This document shows, in pieces, positions 19,333 through 28,947 of a stretch of 64,000 nt of DNA. Every line of letters begins with the position of its first letter. Position 1 is the stretch's first letter. Below the pieces are notes generated by a model. The model worked only from the letters and a program-made list of their open reading frames with translations. It ran no database searches and was not told the DNA's origin. The position numbers were made by a program, and so were the translations under genes. This DNA is from a virus. The stretch covers positions 1-64,000 of the IMG/VR virus record IMGVR_UViG_3300037258_000375; one strand, 5' to 3'.

Positions 19333-19881
19333 TTATGTCCCTGATGGTGCATCAACAGAACGAAAGTGGGTATATCCGAGAGCGACGTATGCTTCGTACG
19401 TTGGTTTCGGCCCATCATCACTGACGCAGCAGATGAACCGTTGTTTATGCTGAACCGGACCGAGCATCTCGTCACCTGTTCTCGGGAGAACACCGGGCTC
19501 GATCAACTGCCATGCGGTGCGAAGCTGCAATTGGGCGAGAGCGCCGCACATATTGTCGAGCGCGTGATTGAGTTCGTCCACCCGGCTATAAAGCGTTTGG
19601 AATAATGCGCGATCTTGTGTGGCGCGGTCGATGAGCAGCTTACACATATCGATGACCTTGATCTTGCCTTCGAAAACCGGATCGACCATGATCGCGTGCA
19701 TCTCGGCGAGAAATTCACCGATTCCAATCGCATGTCTTTCGAACTTTGCATCCGTTTCGCCAAGACGCTCGATCAGTTCGATGATACGAGAGGGACCAAG
19801 ACCAACCCAATCATGGGCAATAGCTTCTTGTGCCTTCTCGTACATATCCTGGAACTCTGGTGGAATTGGTTTGTTAGCCAT
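19333..19881 (-). CDS. Hypothetical protein
   Basis: GAGGAG SD; in the gene chain. Confidence 0.65.
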   Translation of the reverse strand: MANKPIPPEFQDMYEKAQEAIAHDWVGLGPSRIIELIERLGETDAKFERHAIGIGEFLAEMHAIMVDPVFEGKIKVIDMCKLLIDRATQDRALFQTLYSRVDELNHALDNMCGALAQLQLRTAWQLIEPGVLPRTGDEMLGPVQHKQRFICCVSDDGPKPTYEAYVALGYTHFRSVDAPSGT

Positions 19882-20662
19882 CGATCGTCTCCTCGGGATA
19901 ACCAGGGCGCATAGCGCTGGCTCCGGATCGAATGTGTGCGTGCCAGTTACGGAGCGCGGCGGCGGTTGAAACACAGTGATGCTTCGCCTTTGTCATGTTG
20001 CCGTTGTCGTGCGATCCGTACGCTTTGGCTGCGAGAAACACAACTAATCCCAGCCAATCGGACGGTTTTTTTCCGGCATCTGATTCCACACCCCACCGAT
20101 TCACTTGATGCGCGGCTTCGAGCGGCACGGCTTTGTCAAAGTCCTCGATCTCCGGCGTATTGAGAAGCGCTTCGAGCATCGCTACCTTTGCTTCGGCCTG
20201 TGTGGCACGATTCTCCCACTCCTCGCAGTAAGAAGCAACTCTGGAATTGCGCGCGGCGATCTCGACGATGTTCCCGCTGTCACAAAGGAATGCGGCTGAC
20301 TGAAGCTTCTTACATTCGTCGAAAAGTTCGCACGCAACGATGCCCTGCTCTTTCGCAGCATTCGCAAGTTTGGCCACGGAAATAGCCAGTGAGCCCGCGA
20401 TGTTTTCAGTACCGCCGCCCTCGCGCATACGCACGTGGAATTTCTCCGGGATCAGATCGAGAGTCGCCTGGATATTCAACTCCGCTCGGCTGGCGCGCTG
20501 AATGAGTTCGCGGAGTTTGCCGAGCACTCTGCGATTCTCGCTCGCGCTCTCGTCGTAAGCTGGCGCGTTGAGAGCTTTGGTCACTAATGCGAAGTCCTCT
20601 TGCAGATCGTCAGCTACCTTGTTCGCATCTTCTGGCTTCACGGTGATGATTTCGTCGCTCAT
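19874..20662 (-). CDS. Hypothetical protein, possible MazG-like helical C-terminal domain
   Basis: EAAHQVNRWG...DWL...HHCVSTAA. Confidence 0.55.
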   Translation of the reverse strand: MSDEIITVKPEDANKVADDLQEDFALVTKALNAPAYDESASENRRVLGKLRELIQRASRAELNIQATLDLIPEKFHVRMREGGGTENIAGSLAISVAKLANAAKEQGIVACELFDECKKLQSAAFLCDSGNIVEIAARNSRVASYCEEWENRATQAEAKVAMLEALLNTPEIEDFDKAVPLEAAHQVNRWGVESDAGKKPSDWLGLVVFLAAKAYGSHDNGNMTKAKHHCVSTAAALRNWHAHIRSGASAMRPGYPEETIDG

Positions 20663-21243
20663 CGAATCTCCTGTTCTTTTTCTGCTTTCAATTCGGCCCA
20701 AATTTTGTCTACGTCGATGCGCTCTCTCCCCGGCCACCAGGAGACGGGGCCTTCGGCCTTCAGCACCACATTGAGGGCATCGATGGCGGCTCCTACCTCG
20801 TCCGATAGCTCGCCTTCATCGGGAAGATCGTCTGACCATTCGTCGCCGTCGAGAGGATGGAGGTACCGCTCTTTGCAAATCACAAGTTGCACTTCCGTAC
20901 CTTCTTCGAGATCAGCCATCCAATCGAGAAGCGATTCTCCATCGAAAAAGAATTTGTCTGTGTTGAAGTCGCAAACAGGAGTCTTCCCATCCCATTCCAC
21001 CATCGGCAGCGCGTAATATTCTGTGGAGTCCATCGTCCCTTGACAGGATCGGCAGCGGAGCCTTCCTTTGTCGATGACGGCACCACAGCCGCACTTCATG
21101 TGCGTGCATCCGCTCCAGCGAGCCCCGTGTTCACTCGATAGGTTGTCACCGTAAAACAAGCCGGTACGCGACACCCAGCCTTTGATGTCTGTGCGGTAGG
21201 TCGCAGCTTCCGGGCTATCAAACATCACGATTTTCTCGGGCAT
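20659..21243 (-). CDS. Hypothetical phage protein
   Basis: AATYRTDIKGWVSR...ARWSGCTHMKC. Confidence 0.7.
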   Translation of the reverse strand: MPEKIVMFDSPEAATYRTDIKGWVSRTGLFYGDNLSSEHGARWSGCTHMKCGCGAVIDKGRLRCRSCQGTMDSTEYYALPMVEWDGKTPVCDFNTDKFFFDGESLLDWMADLEEGTEVQLVICKERYLHPLDGDEWSDDLPDEGELSDEVGAAIDALNVVLKAEGPVSWWPGRERIDVDKIWAELKAEKEQEIR

Positions 21244-21247
21244 CGAT

Positions 21248-21625
21248 TTATCCTTTCGAGTCTGCGACTGTGTAGCACAAAATGCTTTTGTAATGCTTCC
21301 GGTTTCGAGGCGGTATCCAGATCACTTTTCGGTTCCAGATCGCGCCCAGGACACGCTCAGGCCCTCCAAGAACTTCCACCGCTGTCCGGCATGTATCGCT
21401 GCATGTCAAGAGAAGCGGTAGCCCGTCATCTTCCATCAGAAACGATCCCCATGACTGCCACCCCAGTCCCCACGCTTGTTGCTTGTGACAGATCGAGCAT
21501 TCATGTGTCCTGATGGTCCGGTTCGCGGCTGGTGCTGCGTAGGTGCGCATTGAGGTCTGCCAATTGTGCCGCGATTTCTTGCAGCATTTTGATTTTGAAG
21601 TGCTCCCAATCCCTCTCTGATACAT
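21248..21625 (-). CDS. Hypothetical Cys-containing protein (start uncertain)
   Basis: HECSIC...TCSDTC. Confidence 0.45.
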   Translation of the reverse strand: MYQRGIGSTSKSKCCKKSRHNWQTSMRTYAAPAANRTIRTHECSICHKQQAWGLGWQSWGSFLMEDDGLPLLLTCSDTCRTAVEVLGGPERVLGAIWNRKVIWIPPRNRKHYKSILCYTVADSKG

Positions 21626-21704
21626 GGTGGTTCAACTTGGAGGAATGCGGAATTAGTTTGCAACGAATCTGATCCCCGGTCATTGATGCCCTACTTTCTG
21701 TCAA
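21501..21704 (-). CDS. Hypothetical protein
   Basis: MLQEIAAQLADLN; coupled to the upstream stop. Confidence 0.5.
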   Translation of the reverse strand: MTESRASMTGDQIRCKLIPHSSKLNHHVSERDWEHFKIKMLQEIAAQLADLNAHLRSTSREPDHQDT

Positions 21705-22252
21705 ACGCTCGATTCCGAATCGGTATAGAGATGAGGACGAAGCTTCTCATCGAGCTTGCGTGCTGGGCAGTCGATTTCGTGCTCCGTCCCTTCCAAATCG
21801 CCATCGCATCCGTTGTATGCGACACATAGCCTCTGATTCTCATGAAACGCATAGCGCTGTTCTAGCTGTTCCACCCGCTGGCGTGCTTTGTCGCGTTCCT
21901 TCTCGGCTTTCGATTTCGCATCCCATACGCGTTTCAGAAGACCGCTTTCTTCTTTCATCAAGACATTGAGAAGCATTGCGTCGCCTTCGGCTTCCTGGGC
22001 GGTCGTCTTCCAACACAGCGCTGAGCGAGGCTCGATCTCTATAGATGCACTGGCTTGATAAAGTGCTTGTCTCAGTCCCGCCATTACTAAATCGATGTGT
22101 GGACCGTCATAAACATCCCCACCCGTCCGCGCCGATTCGAACGCGATGAGGCTATCGATTTTCGGTATGAGCATATCGAGAAGTCCAAGAAGCTCTTCCG
22201 TCTTCTCCGCGACGTCTTCGAGTAGCTTCGGCTTGGAGTGACTGTATTTCAT
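21701..22252 (-). CDS. Hypothetical protein
   Basis: ATGA overlap, coiled coil. Confidence 0.6.
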   Translation of the reverse strand: MKYSHSKPKLLEDVAEKTEELLGLLDMLIPKIDSLIAFESARTGGDVYDGPHIDLVMAGLRQALYQASASIEIEPRSALCWKTTAQEAEGDAMLLNVLMKEESGLLKRVWDAKSKAEKERDKARQRVEQLEQRYAFHENQRLCVAYNGCDGDLEGTEHEIDCPARKLDEKLRPHLYTDSESSV

Positions 22253-22668
22253 AACCCCGCGAACTCCGTCCAACTCACATTCGGGTTGTCCCGCACCTCT
22301 TTGCGCTGCTTCTCGCTCACCATCCATTCTTTGAACGTCAATCCGCAATCGGCATCGAGCCATTCACGGTAGCGTACTTGGCTGCGACTCAGCTTCGGCG
22401 GCGCTGGACTCTCCCGCTGCATCGCGTCAATGCCTGCCTTGGTCACAGAGCAGTTGAAGTAGGGCAGCATCTCGGTCGTCTTGTGCTGTTGCATGTAGCC
22501 GAGTTCGACCAAACCCCGGCAGTCCACTTCGTCGCGGCCACCGGCACAGAAATGATTGCGGTGATAGGGAAAGAAGTCGGGATGCGCGGGCACATAGCGA
22601 TGTGCCGTCTTTCCGTACTGATCGCAGCCAAGGGCGTGCTGAATGATTTCAAGCTGGCGGTTCGTCAT
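22249..22668 (-). CDS. Hypothetical phage protein
   Basis: IIQHALG...RNHFCA...SRSQVRYREWLDAD. Confidence 0.7.
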   Translation of the reverse strand: MTNRQLEIIQHALGCDQYGKTAHRYVPAHPDFFPYHRNHFCAGGRDEVDCRGLVELGYMQQHKTTEMLPYFNCSVTKAGIDAMQRESPAPPKLSRSQVRYREWLDADCGLTFKEWMVSEKQRKEVRDNPNVSWTEFAGL

Positions 22669-23065
22669 GTGGCATCTCACTTACTTTGAAAATCATTTTG
22701 TTCCAGCGAATAGCAAAGCGCTCTTTGGTCATCGTAACCATCTCGGCAAAATTGAAATCGCCTTGAGCGATGTAAACGCTCGTGCAGCCACTGCGCGTGT
22801 CCACACTGCTATCCCAAAAGGCGAGCGCGGTCCAGCCGTCTTTGTGATGGATGATCGCTAAACCCTGCGCCGCACACGTTCCGCGATAACATCGCTCCCC
22901 ACGCTCCGGCCTTCCGCAAGTGTGGGGCTGAAGACCGCCATCCAACTGGCCTAGCGTCCATGGGATCGATTTTTCGCCGCGATAGAGTATGTACCCTTTG
23001 TTATCGTGGAGGAAGTGTCCAGGGGCATCCCACGGTCCGAAGTAGTACATCTTGACTACACTCAT
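22649..23065 (-). CDS. Hypothetical protein
   Basis: 138 aa, GWTALAFWD..VDTR. Confidence 0.7.
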   Translation of the reverse strand: MSVVKMYYFGPWDAPGHFLHDNKGYILYRGEKSIPWTLGQLDGGLQPHTCGRPERGERCYRGTCAAQGLAIIHHKDGWTALAFWDSSVDTRSGCTSVYIAQGDFNFAEMVTMTKERFAIRWNKMIFKVSEMPHDEPPA

Positions 23066-23394
23066 GCCGACTCCTTCTCCGCTTGCGGCGGTTCATTCAA
23101 TGCGCTCTTGATCGCGGTGACGATGCGCTTCAAATAGGTAAAATGCCCTACCGTGTGCTTTTGGAACTGAGCACCCTGAAGCCGGTTGGTAATGTAATCA
23201 ACATCGACGTAAGAGAAGAAGCTCTTGATCGTGTCTTTCTCCATCGCTCCCCAATAGGCAGTCCACGCCTCTCCATAGCAAGTGATCGTGACGCGTCCAC
23301 GCCCATCTCCGTAATCTTCCCAATACACGCTGATTGGATCGAGTGCGGGGATGCCGGAAATTTCGATGCTTTCCACATTGAGAACTTTTATCAT
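23062..23394 (-). CDS. Hypothetical phage protein
   Basis: LDPISVYWED...GRVTITCYGEAWTAYWGAM. Confidence 0.7.
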   Translation of the reverse strand: MIKVLNVESIEISGIPALDPISVYWEDYGDGRGRVTITCYGEAWTAYWGAMEKDTIKSFFSYVDVDYITNRLQGAQFQKHTVGHFTYLKRIVTAIKSALNEPPQAEKESA

Positions 23395-23789
23395 CCATTC
23401 ACCTCGGCAATCGGCGCTTCCACCGGTTTCTTCTCCGCTTGGGCAATCGCTGTATCCATCAACTGCATCGCATGGTCAATGCGCGCCTGATCGGCATTGG
23501 TCATATGCCGTGAGACCGAAGTCGTAATGCAGAAGGATTGGTCTTCTTTTGCTTCGTCGTGGTCGTATTGAAACAGCGCAGTGATTGCCTTGAGCGCCTC
23601 CAACATTTTCGGCGCGGCGCAGATGAGGTTGGCATTGGCTTCTTCTTCTGGAGCACCAAGACCGCCGATGACGATGCACAGTCCACCTGGAGCGTGTGGA
23701 GCGCGCACGAAGAATTGCGCGCCTGTGTAGTCGTTAAGCTTTTCCGCGAATTTGAGAACTTCCCACGGCTGTTCTGTGTGTACGCTCAT
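23391..23789 (-). CDS. Hypothetical phage protein
   Basis: HTEQPW...EANANLICAAPKMLEALK; paralog-like to 17504..17788. Confidence 0.7.
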   Translation of the reverse strand: MSVHTEQPWEVLKFAEKLNDYTGAQFFVRAPHAPGGLCIVIGGLGAPEEEANANLICAAPKMLEALKAITALFQYDHDEAKEDQSFCITTSVSRHMTNADQARIDHAMQLMDTAIAQAEKKPVEAPIAEVNG

Positions 23790-23964
23790 TGGTCTCCTTC
23801 TTTGTTTCGTTTTCGCAGTTGGTGCAGATGGTTCCCTCGGGGCAGCGTGTCCACGATACTTTGATCCCAAGAACTTTTCCGAGGCCAACCAGCTTATTAC
23901 AGTGGTAGTCGCACGCGGCGACATCTTGCCCTGGCCAGTGAACGATCCAGAGTGCTAGTTTCAT
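23734..23964 (-). CDS. Hypothetical Cys-rich protein
   Basis: VHWPGQ...CDYHC...CTNC. Confidence 0.55.
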   Translation of the reverse strand: MKLALWIVHWPGQDVAACDYHCNKLVGLGKVLGIKVSWTRCPEGTICTNCENETKKETNERTHRTAVGSSQIRGKA

Positions 23965-24308
23965 ACAGTCTCCCCGGCTGCTGCGAGCGCAGCGCGTGAT
24001 ATCTTGCACCCATAGTTTGTGCATTCCGCAAAGGTTCCATGACAATACGACGTGTTGTGCGCGTGCGCCGTCATGGCCGCTATCTTCAGCGCTTCCACTA
24101 ACTGTGCGCGGACCGCATCGACGCACTTGTTCCAGGTCTCGATGGCGGCATATTCAGACGGGCAGATGAAGGTATAGGGATGAACCTTGCAGCCGTTGTT
24201 CGAGCACCCGATCTGGTATGGAATGTCCGATCTCCCCCTAAAGGGAGTCTTATCAGACCACGTCGCATCGCCGCCACAAAAGGGACATGGCTCCAATTGA
24301 TCGTTCAT
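23961..24308 (-). CDS. Lar-family restriction alleviation protein
   Basis: LEPCPFCGG...C...C...AIETWN. Confidence 0.75.
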   Translation of the reverse strand: MNDQLEPCPFCGGDATWSDKTPFRGRSDIPYQIGCSNNGCKVHPYTFICPSEYAAIETWNKCVDAVRAQLVEALKIAAMTAHAHNTSYCHGTFAECTNYGCKISRAALAAAGETV

Positions 24309-24332
24309 ATTTCACCTGCATCCTTGAGCGCT

Positions 24333-24554
24333 TTATTCACCTACTGTACGATGGTCGGATTCATTTTCGGCCTTTTTCTGCGGATCGCCTACCTGCATGT
24401 CTATCGGCTCCCACCAATATCTCCATACTTTTCCGCCATACTCATCTCTCCCGTATGTGGCAGAGCGGATGTAAACAATTCCGTCGTCCCCGAGAGCGTA
24501 AAGAGAATCATCACCCTCTGCGCTTGTGGCGACTGCAATCTGCGTAAATTTCAT
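24333..24554 (-). CDS. Hypothetical protein
   Basis: KFTQIAVA...LYALGDDG. Confidence 0.6.
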   Translation of the reverse strand: MKFTQIAVATSAEGDDSLYALGDDGIVYIRSATYGRDEYGGKVWRYWWEPIDMQVGDPQKKAENESDHRTVGE

Positions 24555-24555
24555 C

Positions 24556-24747
24556 TCACTCCCCTACGTCCTTCAGCGCCTTCCGTGCATTGACCAATGC
24601 TGCTCTCAGTGCCTGACCGTTTGGATACTGCCCTTCCAGATGCTGGGTGATCTTGTGTTCACATACGGGCGGGATACAGGACCAGAGTGCCAGCCCGCTC
24701 ACGATCATCCAAATGAGATTGAGAACGTACCTTCTGTTGTGGCTCAT
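24556..24747 (-). CDS. Small membrane protein
   Basis: Hydrophobic N-terminal segment. Confidence 0.5.
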   Translation of the reverse strand: MSHNRRYVLNLIWMIVSGLALWSCIPPVCEHKITQHLEGQYPNGQALRAALVNARKALKDVGE

Positions 24748-24872
24748 AGTCTTCTCCCTTTCCGCTTTGCGCCCTGGCGTTTTGTCAGAAACTCGACAAG
24801 CTCACCCGCAACCCATCCGCCGAAGCACGCGCACACCACATTGAAGAGCAGCGACCAGCCGTGGTGTGTCAT
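24744..24872 (-). CDS. Small membrane protein (42 aa)
   Basis: MTHHGWSLLFNVVCACFGGWVAGELVEFLTKRQ...; ATGA overlaps at both ends. Confidence 0.55.
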   Translation of the reverse strand: MTHHGWSLLFNVVCACFGGWVAGELVEFLTKRQGAKRKGRRL

Positions 24873-26902
24873 CGTTCCTCGACCTCCGGATGAAGAACCT
24901 TGCGGCAGTTCTTGCACCAGTAGCCATCCACGCGCCAGAATCCCGAATGTCCCTGTCGGGTGCAGAGCGGTGCCTTCGGCGCGCCGAGACTTGCGGCGGA
25001 AGTAACTCCCGGAATTTTTTTGGCAAGCTCGGTCACTTTTTGATCGATGGCTTGAGGAGCTTGTCCACCTTGCGCATCACCGAGAGGAGCAGCGCCGCCG
25101 AGTTCATGTCCTCCGCGTCGAGATTTTTGATGAGCTTGGTTGCCGCCCTTACGCCTTTGTTGTACCCCTGGCGGCGATGCCTTTTCTTGTCGAGATGGTA
25201 AGACGGAGGTTTCGAGAACTGGCTCATCGGCATTCTCCTTCACCGGGTACACGGAACCGGGCGCAGTGGGCGTGGGCCGGTATGGTTTTTCGTTAACGGC
25301 TTCGCCGAGCAGACCGGATGGCGCTTCCAGTTGAGGTTTTTCGCCGAACCCATCCCACGGCCATTTATCGGGAGGCGTGAACTGCGGAGCTTTGACAAGG
25401 CTCGATCCGGAATCGACGACGATGGCATGAAGCGGGAACCGCCGCCGTGCTTCTTCGAGCGACATTTCCTGGGTCAAGATCATTCCTGGTTTGCTTGGGT
25501 CGATGGTCTCGGGGTTGACAGGGAACTCGTTGGGATCGGTTGTCGAGCCGGGAAAGCCGTAGACTTCCATCTCGATCCTCGGTAGATCGGTCTTGAAGGG
25601 CAGATCGGCCTTGTAGAGAATGTCTCCCACTTCGAGCCGGAGATCGACGGCATCGGAGATCGGGAGCGGCGGCGGCACAGCACCGGAATTTTTTTGAGTC
25701 ATCTCCTGAATCCTGCTAAGTATTTCGAAAGCCGCTTCCGGGACCTCGGGGATTGGCATGTTTGCCATCTCTTTTCGAACCTCGGCGGCAACGCGGTGCC
25801 CTGTGCATTCGGTGTAAAAGAAACCAGCAGTGGTCGCGTCTGAATACGCGTGCTTTTTGCAGGCGATGCAATCGGGACACTCGCTCGGCGGCATGGCCAG
25901 AATTTTTTGAGCATCACTGAAAGACGTGTGCAGGCGGATCGCGAGCCGTTCGGCGAGCAGTCCTCCGGCCCTGGCAGCGGTCGCCATCCCCGCCGCCAGC
26001 GCCCGGTCGTCCTGTGCGCCTTCACCGGTCGGTGTTTCGACGTAGATCGCCGCTTGATCGCACCACACACAAAGTCCTGGCCCACCGCAGTAAAACCGTT
26101 CACCGTTGGTGGCCATGAGCATGTGTGGGCCGCGCGGTCTCCCCACCGAATTTTTTTCTGCCACAGCACGGTCAAGCTCTCTGTGTTCCTCCTCGGTCGA
26201 GCCGGGTGGGTAGAGGGGCATCCGGAAGAGGACGTCGCGGAGTCTGCGCTGGCGGTCGGTGAGTCCGTCTTCCCGCTCTTCGATCCTCTGCGCGTTGGGG
26301 TTCTCGATCTGCGCGTCGAGCGCGGTGTCGAATTCCGCCAGATCGGCGACGTCCTCAAGCTCGGCGGCGGTGAACTCGGGAAACGCTTGGGCCGCGCGGT
26401 CTTTTTGCGCCTGCCGAACCACGTCGAGCAGGGGAGCGGCGCGCGGAACTCCCGAATTTTTTGGCTCGGAAACCTTGACACCGTGGCTCCATGGACCCCC
26501 ACGCGGGCCTTGCGCCTTCCCCGCCGAGCCGGGAAGGGTCTCGCCAGCATCTGCCTCCGCCGTTCCTGGACCCAGCGGCGTGCCGCCGCGCGCGGGCGGA
26601 ACCTCTCGCGATTTTTTTTCTCCCAGTCCAGCTTCCGTGGCATCCTCAGCAGAAGAAGGTAAACCCATCACCGCATCCACATGCTCCCGCGCATACTTCA
26701 ATCGGTCCCGCGTCGAACCCTCCGCCAACCACCGTCCCAAAATCTGAGAACGGCTCCGCTCCTCACGCCCCGCAATCAATCCCGCGAGAATCAGCGTCTG
26801 CTCGTCAATCCAAAGCGACATCAGCTTCTTTGCCATATCATGTTGCAACATACCATATTGTGTTGTAAAAAGGTGGACAGAATGCGGAAGATTATGTTCC
26901 AC
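24869..26902 (-). CDS. Large low-complexity hypothetical protein
   Basis: 677 aa open frame, several CxxC motifs, GGGAG SD before GTG. Confidence 0.6.
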   Translation of the reverse strand: MEHNLPHSVHLFTTQYGMLQHDMAKKLMSLWIDEQTLILAGLIAGREERSRSQILGRWLAEGSTRDRLKYAREHVDAVMGLPSSAEDATEAGLGEKKSREVPPARGGTPLGPGTAEADAGETLPGSAGKAQGPRGGPWSHGVKVSEPKNSGVPRAAPLLDVVRQAQKDRAAQAFPEFTAAELEDVADLAEFDTALDAQIENPNAQRIEEREDGLTDRQRRLRDVLFRMPLYPPGSTEEEHRELDRAVAEKNSVGRPRGPHMLMATNGERFYCGGPGLCVWCDQAAIYVETPTGEGAQDDRALAAGMATAARAGGLLAERLAIRLHTSFSDAQKILAMPPSECPDCIACKKHAYSDATTAGFFYTECTGHRVAAEVRKEMANMPIPEVPEAAFEILSRIQEMTQKNSGAVPPPLPISDAVDLRLEVGDILYKADLPFKTDLPRIEMEVYGFPGSTTDPNEFPVNPETIDPSKPGMILTQEMSLEEARRRFPLHAIVVDSGSSLVKAPQFTPPDKWPWDGFGEKPQLEAPSGLLGEAVNEKPYRPTPTAPGSVYPVKENADEPVLETSVLPSRQEKASPPGVQQRRKGGNQAHQKSRRGGHELGGAAPLGDAQGGQAPQAIDQKVTELAKKIPGVTSAASLGAPKAPLCTRQGHSGFWRVDGYWCKNCRKVLHPEVEER
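25033..25227 (-). CDS. Nested small basic protein in an alternative frame
   Basis: AAGGAG 7 nt before ATG; MSQFSKPPSYHLDKKRHRRQGYNKG... Confidence 0.4.
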   Translation of the reverse strand: MSQFSKPPSYHLDKKRHRRQGYNKGVRAATKLIKNLDAEDMNSAALLLSVMRKVDKLLKPSIKK

Positions 26903-26910
26903 GTGGAAAC
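26895..26910. promoter_or_regulatory. parS-like palindrome
   Basis: TGTTCCACGTGGAAAC matches 14/16 of the bacterial parS TGTTCCACGTGGAACA. Confidence 0.45.
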
Positions 26911-28081
26911 TCTGCGCTCCCTTTATACCACCAAACTCTGCGCTCTATTTTTTTTTGGAGAAGGAAAGACAGGAGCGTAAAGCCGTCACTGCCTTCGAGA
27001 GGGGGTGGGGTGCCGGACAACGTTTTGCGTCCGGACACGGTCCGGAAAACGGGACTGGACACAGGGAGTCCGGATCGATGCGCTCCGCGTTGCCGATTCC
27101 GTAGAATGGGCGGCGCGGGCGCGTTTCACCCATCCGGAACCGGTCAAACACGGGCACGGGCGCGGGCGGACGCGGTCTAATCCCACAGACACGGCGGCGC
27201 GCTGGGCGCAAACTCTGCGCCCGGTTCCGTTGATAGCACTTCATTGATAACAGACGGCGGGGGAACACTTTACCCCATTGCCATCATTCGGCGTCTGGCA
27301 GTGCGGAGGAATGACACACGGGGGGAGTTTATGGGAGTTTAGGGGAGTTCGTGGGAGGAATGGGGTAGACGGCGGGCGGCGCGCTGGGCAGGGTAGACGG
27401 CGGGCGCAGGGCGGCGCGGCGGGAGATGGGAGACGGCGGCGCAGGGCGGCGCGTGTTGTGTGACGGGTGCCTGTGAGGTGAGTCTGTGTTAGGGGATTGT
27501 TCGCTGGGCGGGCGGGGGAGTCTAACGGGAATCGAACATCTATATATGTTACGTGTGTTCGGCGAACGTTCGGAGGTAGGGAGAGCAACTGCAAAAGCTT
27601 CCCTCTTCCTTTCCTGTTTGCCCAGTGCATGGGCAAAGGGAGAGAGATGGTCTGTCACGATAACGTGGAAGACCGTCTGCAAGGCACCCGTTTTCGAGAT
27701 GCCCGCCCGGACGGCCGGGGAGTCCAGCGCGCTAGCGTCCGAACCTTGGACACGCGCAACACAGTGGGAGTGGTCCCCACGTGTCGAAATGTTCGCCGAA
27801 CGTTCGTTTTCTCCGAAAATGCCGTTTTCCCCGTGGCGCGGTCCAAACACGGTCCCCCATAGGGTAGCCTAGTTTTTGACCATCGGGCGCAGGGCGGGGC
27901 ATTACGGGCGCGGCGCGGTCCTGTGAACAAACCTGTGGAAAACCTCTGTTTTGATGCCAAGCGCTTCCCCTGTTTCCACTGTCTTTGACGCACTCTAAAA
28001 GTTAAAGTGTTGAATAGATGTGGCTTGCGAGTGCCATACCATACGGGGGTATGGAGATGATACCCCCCCGTGGTAGTTTGG
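26911..28081. other. Long non-coding divergence region (origin or genome-end candidate)
   Basis: No credible ORF; C-rich to G-rich switch near 26990; AGACGGCGG and GGGAGTT repeats; TGTGAACAA/TGTGGAAAA at about 27922-27943. Confidence 0.45.
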
Positions 28082-28429
28082 CTACGCTTTATGTTCGCTT
28101 AAATAGACGATTGCCGCGCGAAGTCTTTCCGGGTTGTCGCGGGCGAATCCGAGCATAAGATTGCAAGGTTGGCAAACCATCCCGCGAACTTTTCCCGTCA
28201 CGTGGCAATGGTCTCTCACGAGTCCGAATCCGTCTACACATCCCGGCAGTGGACACTCGCTCGCATGATCGCCACAAATCGCGCAACGGTTCCCTTGTGC
28301 TTTAGAAAGTAAGTATCGTTTGGTAGGAACGAAACACCCGATACAAACCCGCTCGCGGCGGCGCGGGCGCGGCGCGGCGGTCATATAGGGAATACGGCAA
28401 ACCCGGCAGGTAATCTGTATCTCTTCCAT
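28082..28429 (-). CDS. Endonuclease VII-domain protein
   Basis: QGNRCAIC...[25 protein letters not shown]. Confidence 0.9.
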   Translation of the reverse strand: MEEIQITCRVCRIPYMTAAPRPRRRERVCIGCFVPTKRYLLSKAQGNRCAICGDHASECPLPGCVDGFGLVRDHCHVTGKVRGMVCQPCNLMLGFARDNPERLRAAIVYLSEHKA

Positions 28430-28441
28430 GCTGGCAGTATT

Positions 28442-28796
28442 TCACCATAGCCCATTGAACGCGCCGCGCGCCGCAAGGTCTTTCATGCGGGCATTAAAGT
28501 GTCTTCCCCGTGCGCCGCAAGAGTACCGGTTCCGCTGTTCGAGATGCACCATTTCATGAAACAAGGTGAATGCCCAGTGGCGGCGCGAGTCGCGTAACCG
28601 CTCATTGATCCGGATGCCGAACGTGTCCGCCGAACTTCGGCGCGGGGGATGCGCGCGCCGCGCGCGGAACGTGTATCCCAGTCCTACAAGGCGGGCGAAT
28701 CGCAATTCGCTCACGGCGGGCAATCGCCCGCCGAAATACCGGGCAGAACTCTTCAAGGTCTGTGTCTTCCCAGCGTCGCAAGGTCCCCGTTTTCAT
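28442..28796 (-). CDS. SprT-like Zn metalloprotease (apparent +1 frameshift near 28742)
   Basis: YFGGRLP...TLFHEMVH...GRHF; N-terminus MKTGTLRRW is in another frame. Confidence 0.7.
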
Positions 28797-28875
28797 GCGG
28801 TCGATTGTATCTGGAAGAGTCCGAACTCCGGACGGTCTCCCCCGTTCGTGTCACGTTACTACGGTAAAAGAACTC

Positions 28876-28902
28876 TTGACATGAGACGAAATAGCGCAAA
28901 GT
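28876..28902 (+). promoter_or_regulatory. Early promoter candidate
   Basis: TTGACA...TAGCGCAAAGT. Confidence 0.55.
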
Positions 28903-28947
28903 ATTGGTGTAAGGGGGAAAACCCGAAGAAAACGGAGGACACTGACA

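Noticed and set aside
25699-27993. Long alternative-frame ORFs (e.g. 25699..26643, 25850..26662, 27329..27850)
   Set aside because: R/P/A-rich shadow ORFs of GC-rich DNA without SD or motifs.
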